A DNA stretch of 64,000 nt, from positions 7,551 through 71,550 of IMG/VR virus record IMGVR_UViG_3300033068_001402. One strand, given 5' to 3'. The position numbers were made by a program, and so were the translations under genes. Source of the stretch: a virus (lineage: Duplodnaviria > Caudoviricetes). The notes beneath the pieces were generated by a model. It was not told the origin of the DNA, searched no databases, and worked only from the letters and a program-made list of their open reading frames with translations. Shown piece by piece: positions 35,742 through 43,640 of this stretch (positions within the stretch are counted from its first letter, which is position 1; every line of letters starts with the position of its first letter).

Positions 35742-37915
35742 GCTAGTTCAGCGGCCAGTTCGGATAGGGACTTGCCTGCGACAGGTTTCTCATGGGCGAA
35801 CGGACGACCTTCGACCGGGCTGAAGACGAGGTCATTCTTCGACCAGTCGACTTGCGCCCAGCCGGGAGGCGCCTGCCAGTCCAGGTGCTCAATGCGGATG
35901 TCTGGAATCAGACAGATGGCGATGCAGTAGGCCAAGAGGTCGAACGCCTCGTTCTTTTTGCCACGCCTTTCCCAGCCCTTCTGCGTCCGCACTTCCGCAG
36001 TGAGCTGGGTGTACAGCCAGTCGATGTTGATCGGATCGCCTGACTCGTCGACCCAGACCGGAAAGTGGATCTGGCCGCCCGGATCAGTACGCCCGAGCCG
36101 CGCCGACACCTGGTCCTTGACCATGTTCGAGTTCACCAGCCACACCGGCACGTCGCCGCGGGCGATGGCGTATTTGTCCTTCTGCTGGCTGTCCGGCATC
36201 GTCCGGTGAATCCGCGGAGTGCCCCCGTCCTTCGACGGAGCGCCCTTCACCAGGTGGAAGCGGCGGTGATAGTGCCTCCCCTCCGGGTCGTCGCGCAGCT
36301 TGCGCCAGAACGCGTAGGCATTGGAGGTCACACTGACGACGGGGCCGTCAGTCAGCTTGGGCTTCTCGTTGCCGTGCTGCGCCGCACCGCCGGAGTCACA
36401 GGCGATGATCTTCACGCCCATGTGGCGACCGGAGCCGTCCGCCAGTGGGTAGGTTTTCTCGATCACCTCGTCGATCAGGATGTCCCAGTCCTCGGGATAA
36501 GACTCGGGCGCGATCAGCTTGCGCTCGCCATCCTCGTCCAGGCGTCGGCTCTTGCGAATCTTAAACATATCGACGTGCCAGATGTCGCCCCCCACCCCGA
36601 TGCCGTAGGTGTGGCAGACGAACGACGGGCGTCCGCCGGCCTGCACGTCGATGGTGGTGACGAGGAAGCCGACGCCCTCGGGCACCACACCTTTCTGGCT
36701 GTACGGCTTCGCGCGCTTCTTCAGTTCCTCGGGCAGGCGTCCCGCTTCGAGCGACTTGGGCGTGTAGGGGAGACCCAAGCTCGTGTTGACGATGGCCTTC
36801 AGCTTCTCCTCGCTACCCGTCGCCTCGAACAGCGCCTCGGCGGCCAGGTACTCTTCTACGAGCTGGGGCCATGTCGAGAAGCCCGCTGCCGGACCTTTCA
36901 GCCAAAACGACGCGATGTCGGCGCGGCGCGGCGTCCCAACGATCGAGCCGTCTTCCAGCCAGCGCTGCCCCTCCTTGATCCACCGGCCGCCGAGGTTCAG
37001 TTCGTGCTGCTGATCGGGAGTCATGATACAGCCGTTGTGCGGACAGACCATGACGACCTGCTCGGCACGGGCTCGGATGTCGCCATTCTTCGGGTAGCTG
37101 AACAGTTTAAAGTCCGGCTCGAAGGCGTGGTTGCAGGACGAACACTTCCACTGCCAGCGCCGCCGGTCGCCGTTGTTGTAAACCGACAGAATCCCCTCGC
37201 ACGGCGGTGCCTCGTGCGGGTCGGTCGCGATCCACTTGCCGTCCGTGACCTCAAAGCCGGGGGAAGATTCGGCTACCGTCATGCCGTGTCGGCCGAGTGT
37301 CTTGGCGCGGGTCTTCAAAAGAGACCAGCCGTCGCCCTCGCCGTCGATGTTGGCGGGTGCGCGGTCGTAGTCCATCCACCAGTTGCGCCCGCTGGTTTTG
37401 CCCGACAGTTCGTTGATCGACGGGTGGACGATCGTCAGACGCATCCCGCTCAGGAAGGTCTTGTCGAAGACATTATCCTGGCTTCGACCAGGCACCAGTT
37501 TGGCGCGCACTTCGGGCGAACTGCGGAACAGCTTTGCGAGGTCCGAAAGCGAGAACTCGCGCGCCCGGGCCATCGACATTTGCATCAAGAGCATCGACTC
37601 CGGGTCGCAGATGGCGCTGTAGGCCAGCCAGTTCAGGAACATCTGAGACTTGCCGGTCCGCGCCGGTCCGACGAACGCCATCCCGGTGTGATTCAGCGAC
37701 GTCAAGGTATCCTGCGGCTCGACGATGTAGGGCGTCCGCTCGGCCGACCACGGGCCGCTGTAGTTCTTCTCCCGAATCTTGACGTACTTCTGCGCGGCCT
37801 CGGTGACCGTCAGCTTCTCGGACGGGCGGATCGCCTGCGCCGCAGCGCGGATCATCTCACCCAGGGTCTGGAAGGAAGGCGGTCTATCCTTGACCAGCAA
37901 ACGAGGTCCGGTCAT
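35738..37915 (-). CDS. Terminase large subunit (gpA family)
   Basis: Walker A GPARTGKS, ESSPG, GDRRRWQWKC, FWLKG, TIDVQ, NEAFDLLAY. Confidence 0.95.
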   Translation of the reverse strand: MTGPRLLVKDRPPSFQTLGEMIRAAAQAIRPSEKLTVTEAAQKYVKIREKNYSGPWSAERTPYIVEPQDTLTSLNHTGMAFVGPARTGKSQMFLNWLAYSAICDPESMLLMQMSMARAREFSLSDLAKLFRSSPEVRAKLVPGRSQDNVFDKTFLSGMRLTIVHPSINELSGKTSGRNWWMDYDRAPANIDGEGDGWSLLKTRAKTLGRHGMTVAESSPGFEVTDGKWIATDPHEAPPCEGILSVYNNGDRRRWQWKCSSCNHAFEPDFKLFSYPKNGDIRARAEQVVMVCPHNGCIMTPDQQHELNLGGRWIKEGQRWLEDGSIVGTPRRADIASFWLKGPAAGFSTWPQLVEEYLAAEALFEATGSEEKLKAIVNTSLGLPYTPKSLEAGRLPEELKKRAKPYSQKGVVPEGVGFLVTTIDVQAGGRPSFVCHTYGIGVGGDIWHVDMFKIRKSRRLDEDGERKLIAPESYPEDWDILIDEVIEKTYPLADGSGRHMGVKIIACDSGGAAQHGNEKPKLTDGPVVSVTSNAYAFWRKLRDDPEGRHYHRRFHLVKGAPSKDGGTPRIHRTMPDSQQKDKYAIARGDVPVWLVNSNMVKDQVSARLGRTDPGGQIHFPVWVDESGDPINIDWLYTQLTAEVRTQKGWERRGKKNEAFDLLAYCIAICLIPDIRIEHLDWQAPPGWAQVDWSKNDLVFSPVEGRPFAHEKPVAGKSLSELAAELA

Positions 37916-38643
37916 TCGCCCTCGACTTCGCGCCAGGACATATCGTCGTCGTCGATCCCGGCCGTCTTGACCCCAGGCGCCCCGAACAGCGGCTTGCCGA
38001 ACATCGACGGCGTCGCGGTCCGCTCAGCCAGTTCCTCCAGCTTTTCCATCAGGCGATTGCGCAGATCCTCGATCCCGGCGTCCAGTAAGTCGCACTGCTC
38101 GTCGCTCAGCTTGGCGCGCTCGCGCATCGCCTCGGTGATGGTGGACAGGCCCTCCTTCATCGTCATGCACAGGTCACCCATAGCGGCGTTCACCTCGTGC
38201 GTCTCCCAGGCCTCCTGCGCCTCGATCTTGTACTTCACCCGGCTGCGCTGGCCGTCCCAGAAGACCTTGTTGATCTCTGCAGGCATATGCGCGCTGTTGA
38301 GCGTCTTGACGAACTGCTCGGGCGTCATCTTCGGCTTGATGATGTAGGAGACCGCCTCCTTGAACTCGTAGAGCTTCCGCGGCGCACCGACTGCGCCGCC
38401 GCGCTGCTCCACATAGGGGCAGTCGATCAGCCGCCTCGTGATGGTCTGGACGTCCATCTCGAAGACCTTGGTCAGGAAGCTGATCGTCACCGGCCGGCGG
38501 AAGGCGGACGGCCCGCCGACATCCTCGAACGCCCTGCCCGACGCCGCCGCCTTCATGCTGACGTGCTTCGCCAGCGCCGCGGCGGGGTCCGGCTTCGGCG
38601 GGTCGCCGATGCCGAGGATGTCGGAGAGCGGGTCGATGGTCAT
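37912..38643 (-). CDS. Terminase small subunit (DUF1441-like)
   Basis: Directly upstream of terL; FWDGQRSRVKY..W.T; starts MTIDPLSDILG. Confidence 0.75.
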   Translation of the reverse strand: MTIDPLSDILGIGDPPKPDPAAALAKHVSMKAAASGRAFEDVGGPSAFRRPVTISFLTKVFEMDVQTITRRLIDCPYVEQRGGAVGAPRKLYEFKEAVSYIIKPKMTPEQFVKTLNSAHMPAEINKVFWDGQRSRVKYKIEAQEAWETHEVNAAMGDLCMTMKEGLSTITEAMRERAKLSDEQCDLLDAGIEDLRNRLMEKLEELAERTATPSMFGKPLFGAPGVKTAGIDDDDMSWREVEGE

Positions 38644-38837
38644 TTGAAGAGGCGATTCACGCTGTGGCCGAGGTGCCAGGTTGAGCAATGTCGGCAACGG
38701 TAGGGCGCGACGTAGCCCTGCCCGTTCTTGGTCCGCTTGCGACGATGAGCCTTCAGCGCCCGGTTCGCGACGTCCCAGCTCAGAAAGCCGGTCTTCCCGT
38801 CGCAGGCGCTGGAGCGCTCAAGATCGCGGCGATCCAC
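38640..38837 (-). CDS. Small Zn-ribbon-like hypothetical protein
   Basis: CDGK..F..A..YRCRHCSTWHLG; start uncertain. Confidence 0.55.
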   Translation of the reverse strand: MDRRDLERSSACDGKTGFLSWDVANRALKAHRRKRTKNGQGYVAPYRCRHCSTWHLGHSVNRLFK

Positions 38838-38998
38838 GCGACCACCTCGGTCGAGACCCAGAACGACTTCGCCGAGTCCGGGTAGGTCCGCTGACGTGGA
38901 AACGTCCCCGCCGCGATGCGCCGGTAGATCTCGGACCTCGAAAGGCCTGTCTTCTGCTGGACGGTTGGCAGACGCCATAGTTCGACTTCGGTGCTCAC
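38780..38998 (-). CDS. alpA: AlpA-family transcriptional regulator/excisionase
   Basis: WRLPTVQQKTGLSRSEIYRRIAAGTFP..W...EV.AWI. Confidence 0.85.
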   Translation of the reverse strand: MSTEVELWRLPTVQQKTGLSRSEIYRRIAAGTFPRQRTYPDSAKSFWVSTEVVAWIAAILSAPAPATGRPAF

Positions 38999-39034
38999 GC
39001 ATTCGGACCCTCCGCGGGGATGGGTCAAAGCTAG

Positions 39035-39049
39035 TCAACTAAATGGTGA
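39035..39049. promoter_or_regulatory. 15-bp operator-like motif
   Basis: TCAAC-TAAAT-GGTGA; exact reverse complement of the 42323 site. Confidence 0.65.
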
Positions 39050-39084
39050 AAGTCCAGCGTCTCTGTAACCACGATGAGGTATCG

Positions 39085-39099
39085 TCAACTTTGTGTTGA
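39085..39099. promoter_or_regulatory. 15-bp operator-like motif overlapping TTGACA
   Basis: TCAAC-TTTGT-GTTGA in the divergent intergenic region. Confidence 0.6.
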
Positions 39100-39184
39100 C
39101 ACGAACGTGGAGCGGTGTAGGAATGGCTCATTGCCGCCGGGGCGACTGTTCCGGGGACCATTTTTCACAAGGCTGAGGACGCGA

Positions 39185-39616
39185 ATGTCCACAAAACGCA
39201 ATCAGGCCAACATCTGGAGCCGCATCGAGGTTCGCGGCGAAGATGAGTGCTGGCCGTGGACTGGGGCTGTTGCCAAGAATGGCTATGGCAGAATCAAGTG
39301 GGATCGTCTTTCCCAGCGCGTGCATCGCGTGATCTATGAACTCGTGATCGGTCCGATCCCGCAAGACCTGGTCATCGACCATGAGTGCCGTAACCGGATC
39401 TGCCAGAACCCTAAGCATCTCCGGGCAGTGACGCATCGCACGAATACGATGGAGAACAGCGTAGGTATCGCTGCGACGAACTTTGCGAAAGATGCTTGCG
39501 TGAACGGGCACCCATTCAGCAACGACAATGTCCGTCGCGGGGAAGGCTTCCGCCGCTGCGTTGAATGCTCACGCGAGAAGCATCGTCGCTGGCGTGAACG
39601 ACGGCGGGCCGCGTGA
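39185..39616 (+). CDS. HNH endonuclease (HNH_3 type)
   Basis: CWPWTG..GYG..HRVIY..IDHECRNRICQNPKHL..VTHRTN. Confidence 0.88.
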   Translation: MSTKRNQANIWSRIEVRGEDECWPWTGAVAKNGYGRIKWDRLSQRVHRVIYELVIGPIPQDLVIDHECRNRICQNPKHLRAVTHRTNTMENSVGIAATNFAKDACVNGHPFSNDNVRRGEGFRRCVECSREKHRRWRERRRAA

Positions 39617-39706
39617 TGGACAGCACGTTGGACAACGCCCCCAAAACACCCGACACCACTGCTCCAAGCAACCCTCGCTAAGTCTTCCAACTCACAGGAA
39701 CCGACC

Positions 39707-40246
39707 ATGAATATCGCCTCGAAGACCTACCATATCGCCTGGAACGAGGGCCGCACTGTCGGCGTGATCTGCGAAGACCCTCAGATGGCCTACGAACTGC
39801 GCAAGGGCGCGAGTAACTGCCTCGGCATCGTGACCGGCGACTTCTGTGAGGCGTGGGGCGACATGACTGCCAACGATGCTTGCACGATCGAGACGGTGAC
39901 CATGGCGAAGGTCTCCGACCTCGCGTCGAAGTCGTTCCCGTCAGTTCTCGGCGGCACGGCTCTCGGGCTGATCGACGAGGCCGAACGCGAGGCAAACTGG
40001 ATTCCGATCACCCGGATGGGGTGTGCTTTCGAGGAGGAACTGGACGTCAACGCGAAGCCTGGCTCCCTGAACCAGTACCGCCATCGCCCGATCAACTTCA
40101 CCGGTCGCGTCGAGGAGGAATGGATCATGGGCGCGGCCCCGTCTCCGCCAGTCTCCCGGAAGTGCGTCATCTGCAACGGCTCCGGCGAATGCACCGGGCC
40201 ATACCGAACCTGCGGCGCCTGCAACGGGTCGGGGGTGATGCGGTGA
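39707..40246 (+). CDS. Hypothetical protein with C-terminal DnaJ-type Zn finger
   Basis: CVICNGSG..CGACNGSG. Confidence 0.65.
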   Translation: MNIASKTYHIAWNEGRTVGVICEDPQMAYELRKGASNCLGIVTGDFCEAWGDMTANDACTIETVTMAKVSDLASKSFPSVLGGTALGLIDEAEREANWIPITRMGCAFEEELDVNAKPGSLNQYRHRPINFTGRVEEEWIMGAAPSPPVSRKCVICNGSGECTGPYRTCGACNGSGVMR

Positions 40247-40584
40247 CCGAGATCCAATGGCTAATCGACACCTTCTTCGTCGACCACAAGCTGAAGCAGT
40301 ATCTGCGTCGCCGGCGGCCCGGCATGAGCAAGCGCGCCTTCTACCGGCTGCGCGGCCACGTCCGTCGCCACGGCATCCCGCCGCAGACCATCCTGGTGTC
40401 GGAAGGCGGGTCGCCGTTCATGCTCCCGCCGTTCATGGGCGCATCCCACGTCGCAACTCTGAAGCCGGGTGCCGTCTATGTCGGCACGCTCCTGACCGAG
40501 GAGCAGGCGCGTCGGGGGTATCGCATGTTGGACAACCCGTTGGACAGCGCGCCCCGGACGCCCGGCGCTGCGGCTGCCCGTTAG
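40243..40584 (+). CDS. Hypothetical protein
   Basis: GTG start overlaps upstream stop. Confidence 0.55.
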   Translation: MTEIQWLIDTFFVDHKLKQYLRRRRPGMSKRAFYRLRGHVRRHGIPPQTILVSEGGSPFMLPPFMGASHVATLKPGAVYVGTLLTEEQARRGYRMLDNPLDSAPRTPGAAAAR

Positions 40585-40628
40585 ATCACCGACCACGTCG
40601 CCATTTTCATCACGAAGGACTTAGGACT

Positions 40629-41078
40629 ATGCACGCCAAAATCGAGTTCGGATACAGGTTCGACAGTGTCGTATCTGAACTGGAGTCCGACAAGTACCAA
40701 CGTCTCCGCAACGCCATGCCGGCACTCGGATTGCCGGAAGAAAAGCCTGAGAAGGTGTCGTTGGACTACGGACTGCGAGAGCAGATCATCGACCTCTCAA
40801 CGACCGGAATGGTGTTGACTGAACTCGGCATCAGCTTCGAGCTGAAGCGGTTTCATTCGACCTACAAGGCTGCAGATCATGCGACCCACAATCACCTGCA
40901 TGTCGCGATCCCGAACCTGCTGCTGTTCGCTGTCGACGAGGTTCAGGTGCTGAACGATGCCTGTACCGATAGCCTTCAGGCAGAACTCAATGATGGGTGG
41001 CGCATCCTCGCAGTCTGCCCGCCACCTGCACAGAGGCGGCCCGATTACATCCTAGGCAGACAGCGCCCTGCCACCTGA
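40629..41078 (+). CDS. Hypothetical protein
   Basis: AGGA RBS; C-terminal DACTD.LQ..L..GWRILAVCP..QRRPDYILG motif. Confidence 0.7.
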   Translation: MHAKIEFGYRFDSVVSELESDKYQRLRNAMPALGLPEEKPEKVSLDYGLREQIIDLSTTGMVLTELGISFELKRFHSTYKAADHATHNHLHVAIPNLLLFAVDEVQVLNDACTDSLQAELNDGWRILAVCPPPAQRRPDYILGRQRPAT

Positions 41079-41126
41079 CCGGGCGACTGCTCTGGTCTCC
41101 ATTTTCAGCACGAAAGACTTAGAACG

Positions 41127-41390
41127 ATGAAGTTCCCACGCCACGAAGCCTCGCTTCACCTGACGCACAACGACCACAAGTCCTGCTATCTGACCGTCGC
41201 CCAGGCCGTCGAAAGCGGCGACCATGGGTACAAAGACGACGACTGGGTCAGCGAGGAGCAGAAGCAGAAGGCCATCGAGACGAACGAGTGCTGGACGCTT
41301 CACTGGTATCCCGACACGCCGGTCGGCTTCTGCCTGCTGTCGGCAGCAGACCTGGACGTGCTGCTCGCCGCGGCGACGGACGGCACCTAG
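41127..41390 (+). CDS. Conserved-looking phage hypothetical protein
   Basis: HNDHK.CY..W.S.E..QKAIETN.CW...WYPDTPVGF. Confidence 0.7.
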   Translation: MKFPRHEASLHLTHNDHKSCYLTVAQAVESGDHGYKDDDWVSEEQKQKAIETNECWTLHWYPDTPVGFCLLSAADLDVLLAAATDGT

Positions 41391-41395
41391 CCAAT

Positions 41396-41445
41396 TTTAT
41401 GCGGTTTTCCGCATATTTCACCTTTATGCGGTTTTCCGCATATTT
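41396..41445. repeat. Two tandem identical 23-bp palindromic units
   Basis: TTTATGCGGTTTTCCGCATATTT at 41396-41418 and 41423-41445. Confidence 0.9.
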
Positions 41446-41467
41446 TCCTCGAAAGCGATTTGAGAAC

Positions 41468-41677
41468 ATGGCCATCGTCGAGTTCCAGGGCGGCCCCATC
41501 ACCCACCGCTACCTGATGAACAAGTCCAAGTCAGACCTCGCCCACATGATCCTGGAGCGCGACCGCATCGCGGCCGGCATCGTCAAGGATCTGCTCAATC
41601 ACGCCGTCTGGGACCGGGAGCACAATGACGAGTGCATCCGGGCCGTCGAGCGCGCTGAAGGGTGGATGTCGTCGTGA
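41468..41677 (+). CDS. Hypothetical protein
   Basis: ATG after leader resembling upstream leaders. Confidence 0.6.
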   Translation: MAIVEFQGGPITHRYLMNKSKSDLAHMILERDRIAAGIVKDLLNHAVWDREHNDECIRAVERAEGWMSS

Positions 41678-41967
41678 GGATCGAGCCTACAGAAGCCATG
41701 TGCGACGCGGCCAGGGGCATCGTTATGATGGACCGATTTGGCCTGCCGAACGCCAAGACCTCGTTGGAGGATGTCGCTCGCTCGGGGTTCTACGGCGAAC
41801 TCTGGCGGGATGTGCTGGACGACGATGAACGGGCTATGCGTCACAGACTGCCCAAGGGTCACCTTGCGGGCCTGATCTGGCGGGCTATGGAGGCCGTCCG
41901 ACTCCGCGGCGATCCGGTGAAGGAGATCTACGACACCGAGATGAAACGTCGCGCAGGTCTGCTGTAA
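41662..41967 (+). CDS. Hypothetical protein
   Basis: Coupled ORF in accessory array. Confidence 0.55.
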   Translation: MDVVVRIEPTEAMCDAARGIVMMDRFGLPNAKTSLEDVARSGFYGELWRDVLDDDERAMRHRLPKGHLAGLIWRAMEAVRLRGDPVKEIYDTEMKRRAGLL

Positions 41968-42278
41968 TGCCCGAGGCACCCGTCTCCATCTTCGGCGGCC
42001 TGCCCGTCATCGCGGTCGTGTCCTTCACGCGCGACTATTACGGCGAGTGCGACGCCGACGTCGACGAACTGTACTGGATGAAACGGGATGGCTCGAAAGG
42101 GAAGGCTCTACCGCAACACCTGTTCGACAAGGCGACCGCAGACTACAAGAGCGCCGACATCATCGAGCAGGTTATCGAGCATCTTGCGGGTGCCGAGTAC
42201 GAGGCGCAGGCGGCTGTGACGCTGTTGGACAACCCGTTGGACAGTCGGTCCGCGACACCCCTCTCCGCCAACCCTTAG
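41967..42278 (+). CDS. Hypothetical protein
   Basis: TAATG coupling; GGLPVIA..D.Y..E.LYW. Confidence 0.6.
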   Translation: MPEAPVSIFGGLPVIAVVSFTRDYYGECDADVDELYWMKRDGSKGKALPQHLFDKATADYKSADIIEQVIEHLAGAEYEAQAAVTLLDNPLDSRSATPLSANP

Positions 42279-42322
42279 ACCCCTTGCAGAGGGTCCATTT
42301 TCAACAGCGCCTGCTGGCAGTT

Positions 42323-42337
42323 TCACCATTTAGTTGA
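42323..42337. promoter_or_regulatory. 15-bp operator-like motif
   Basis: TCACC-ATTTA-GTTGA upstream of the PAPS-reductase-like gene. Confidence 0.65.
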
Positions 42338-42368
42338 TTAGCCACGCCAGGGTTGCTACGGTCTCACC

Positions 42369-43247
42369 ATGGACGAGTTCGACACCATCCTCGGCATCGA
42401 GCCGCCGCTGCGCCCGCGCTTCGTGATCTTCTCCAGCTATGGGAACGACTCCGTCGCGCTCATCCAGTGGTGCCACGAGCAAGGGCTGACCGACGTCGCC
42501 GTCGTGTTCTCCGACACCGGCTGGGCTGCCACCTGGTGGATTCCCCGCGTCGAGAAGCTGGAGGCGTGGGTCCGCGGACTCGGCTACCGGACGTCCAGGA
42601 CCACCTCGATCGGTTTCGAGGGTCTGGCGTTCGAGAAGCAGGCCTTCCCGACGCAGATGTTCCAGTGGTGCTCCTATCGCCTGAAGATCGAGCCCGGCGA
42701 GCGGTGGCTGATGGAGAACGACCCGGAACGCCGCGCCGTATGCCTCGTCGGCGTGCGGCGCGAAGAAGGCCCTGACCGGAAGAACTGGCCGGCCTTCATG
42801 CTCAAGAGCGGCAGCCATGGCGACCGCGTCATGGTCGCGCCCATGGCGGACTGGACCGAGGAGACCCGGGACGTCTTCATCCGCCGCGCCGGGGTCGAGC
42901 CTCTGCCTCATCGCTCGATGGAATGCTCACCCTGCATCAACTCGAACAAGAAAGACCTCCAGGCGCTCACCGAGGACGACGTCGTCAAGGCCGAGGTGCT
43001 GGAGAAGAAGATGCACACCCTGCTCGGCCTCACGTCGAACGGGAAGCCTCGGACGCTGTTCCGGCCGCATCGCCACATGGGCGCGGTGGGCGTGCGTGAG
43101 GTCGTGAAGTGGGCGCATAGCGGGCGCGGCAAGTACCGCCCGCCGGTCGTCGATCCGATCAACGAAATCCTCGGCATCTCCGCCGATGAACCTGACCCCG
43201 AGGATCTGGGGAGTTCCGGCTGCGAAGCCGGTTGGTGTGGAACCTGA
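42369..43247 (+). CDS. PAPS-reductase-family (adenine nucleotide alpha hydrolase) protein
   Basis: PP-loop variant SSYGNDS, SDTGW, WC...LK, GVRREE, ECSPC, C-terminal CEAGWCG. Confidence 0.8.
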   Translation: MDEFDTILGIEPPLRPRFVIFSSYGNDSVALIQWCHEQGLTDVAVVFSDTGWAATWWIPRVEKLEAWVRGLGYRTSRTTSIGFEGLAFEKQAFPTQMFQWCSYRLKIEPGERWLMENDPERRAVCLVGVRREEGPDRKNWPAFMLKSGSHGDRVMVAPMADWTEETRDVFIRRAGVEPLPHRSMECSPCINSNKKDLQALTEDDVVKAEVLEKKMHTLLGLTSNGKPRTLFRPHRHMGAVGVREVVKWAHSGRGKYRPPVVDPINEILGISADEPDPEDLGSSGCEAGWCGT

Positions 43248-43249
43248 CT

Positions 43250-43585
43250 ATGGATTTTCTGAATAACCTGCCTTTCCCCGTTCTCGTATTGCTGCTCGGC
43301 GCCGTGGCGTTCGTGCAGAACATGGCTTTCACCGCGGTCTCGCGCTCCCGCAACGCGGGCGACGTCGGCTATCACCGCAAGACCGCCTGGGCGTCCAATG
43401 GCGTCTGGTTCGTCACCCAGCTCCTGATCATGGGCACGATCTGGCCGGCGCTCACGAGCGGAGACCTGTGGAAGATCGCCGTCGTCGGCGTGGTCTACAT
43501 CCTCGCGACCACGGAGGGTTCCTGCGTGATGATGGCTCGGCTGCTGAAGTCCGAGTCAGGCAAGCGCCAGGTCGGCGCGCGCTAA
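43250..43585 (+). CDS. Small multi-pass membrane protein
   Basis: Three hydrophobic segments; QNMAFT.VSRSRN. Confidence 0.75.
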   Translation: MDFLNNLPFPVLVLLLGAVAFVQNMAFTAVSRSRNAGDVGYHRKTAWASNGVWFVTQLLIMGTIWPALTSGDLWKIAVVGVVYILATTEGSCVMMARLLKSESGKRQVGAR

Positions 43586-43609
43586 CCAGCGTCTCGACTG
43601 CTCGACCAG

Positions 43610-43638
43610 AGGCCCCGGTTCACGCCGGGGCCTTTTTC
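43610..43638 (+). terminator. Rho-independent terminator
   Basis: GGCCCCGG-ttcacg-CCGGGGCC followed by TTTTT. Confidence 0.85.
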
Positions 43639-43640
43639 GT

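Noticed and set aside
41396-41445. CRISPR-like palindromic repeat
   Set aside because: Only two units with a 4-bp gap, no spacer-length sequence and no cas operon
40526-42244. LDNPLDS as a protein-level motif related to the DPL tag
   Set aside because: The nucleotides are identical, including TTG codons, and match attP arm-like units, so a DNA-level repeat is the better explanation
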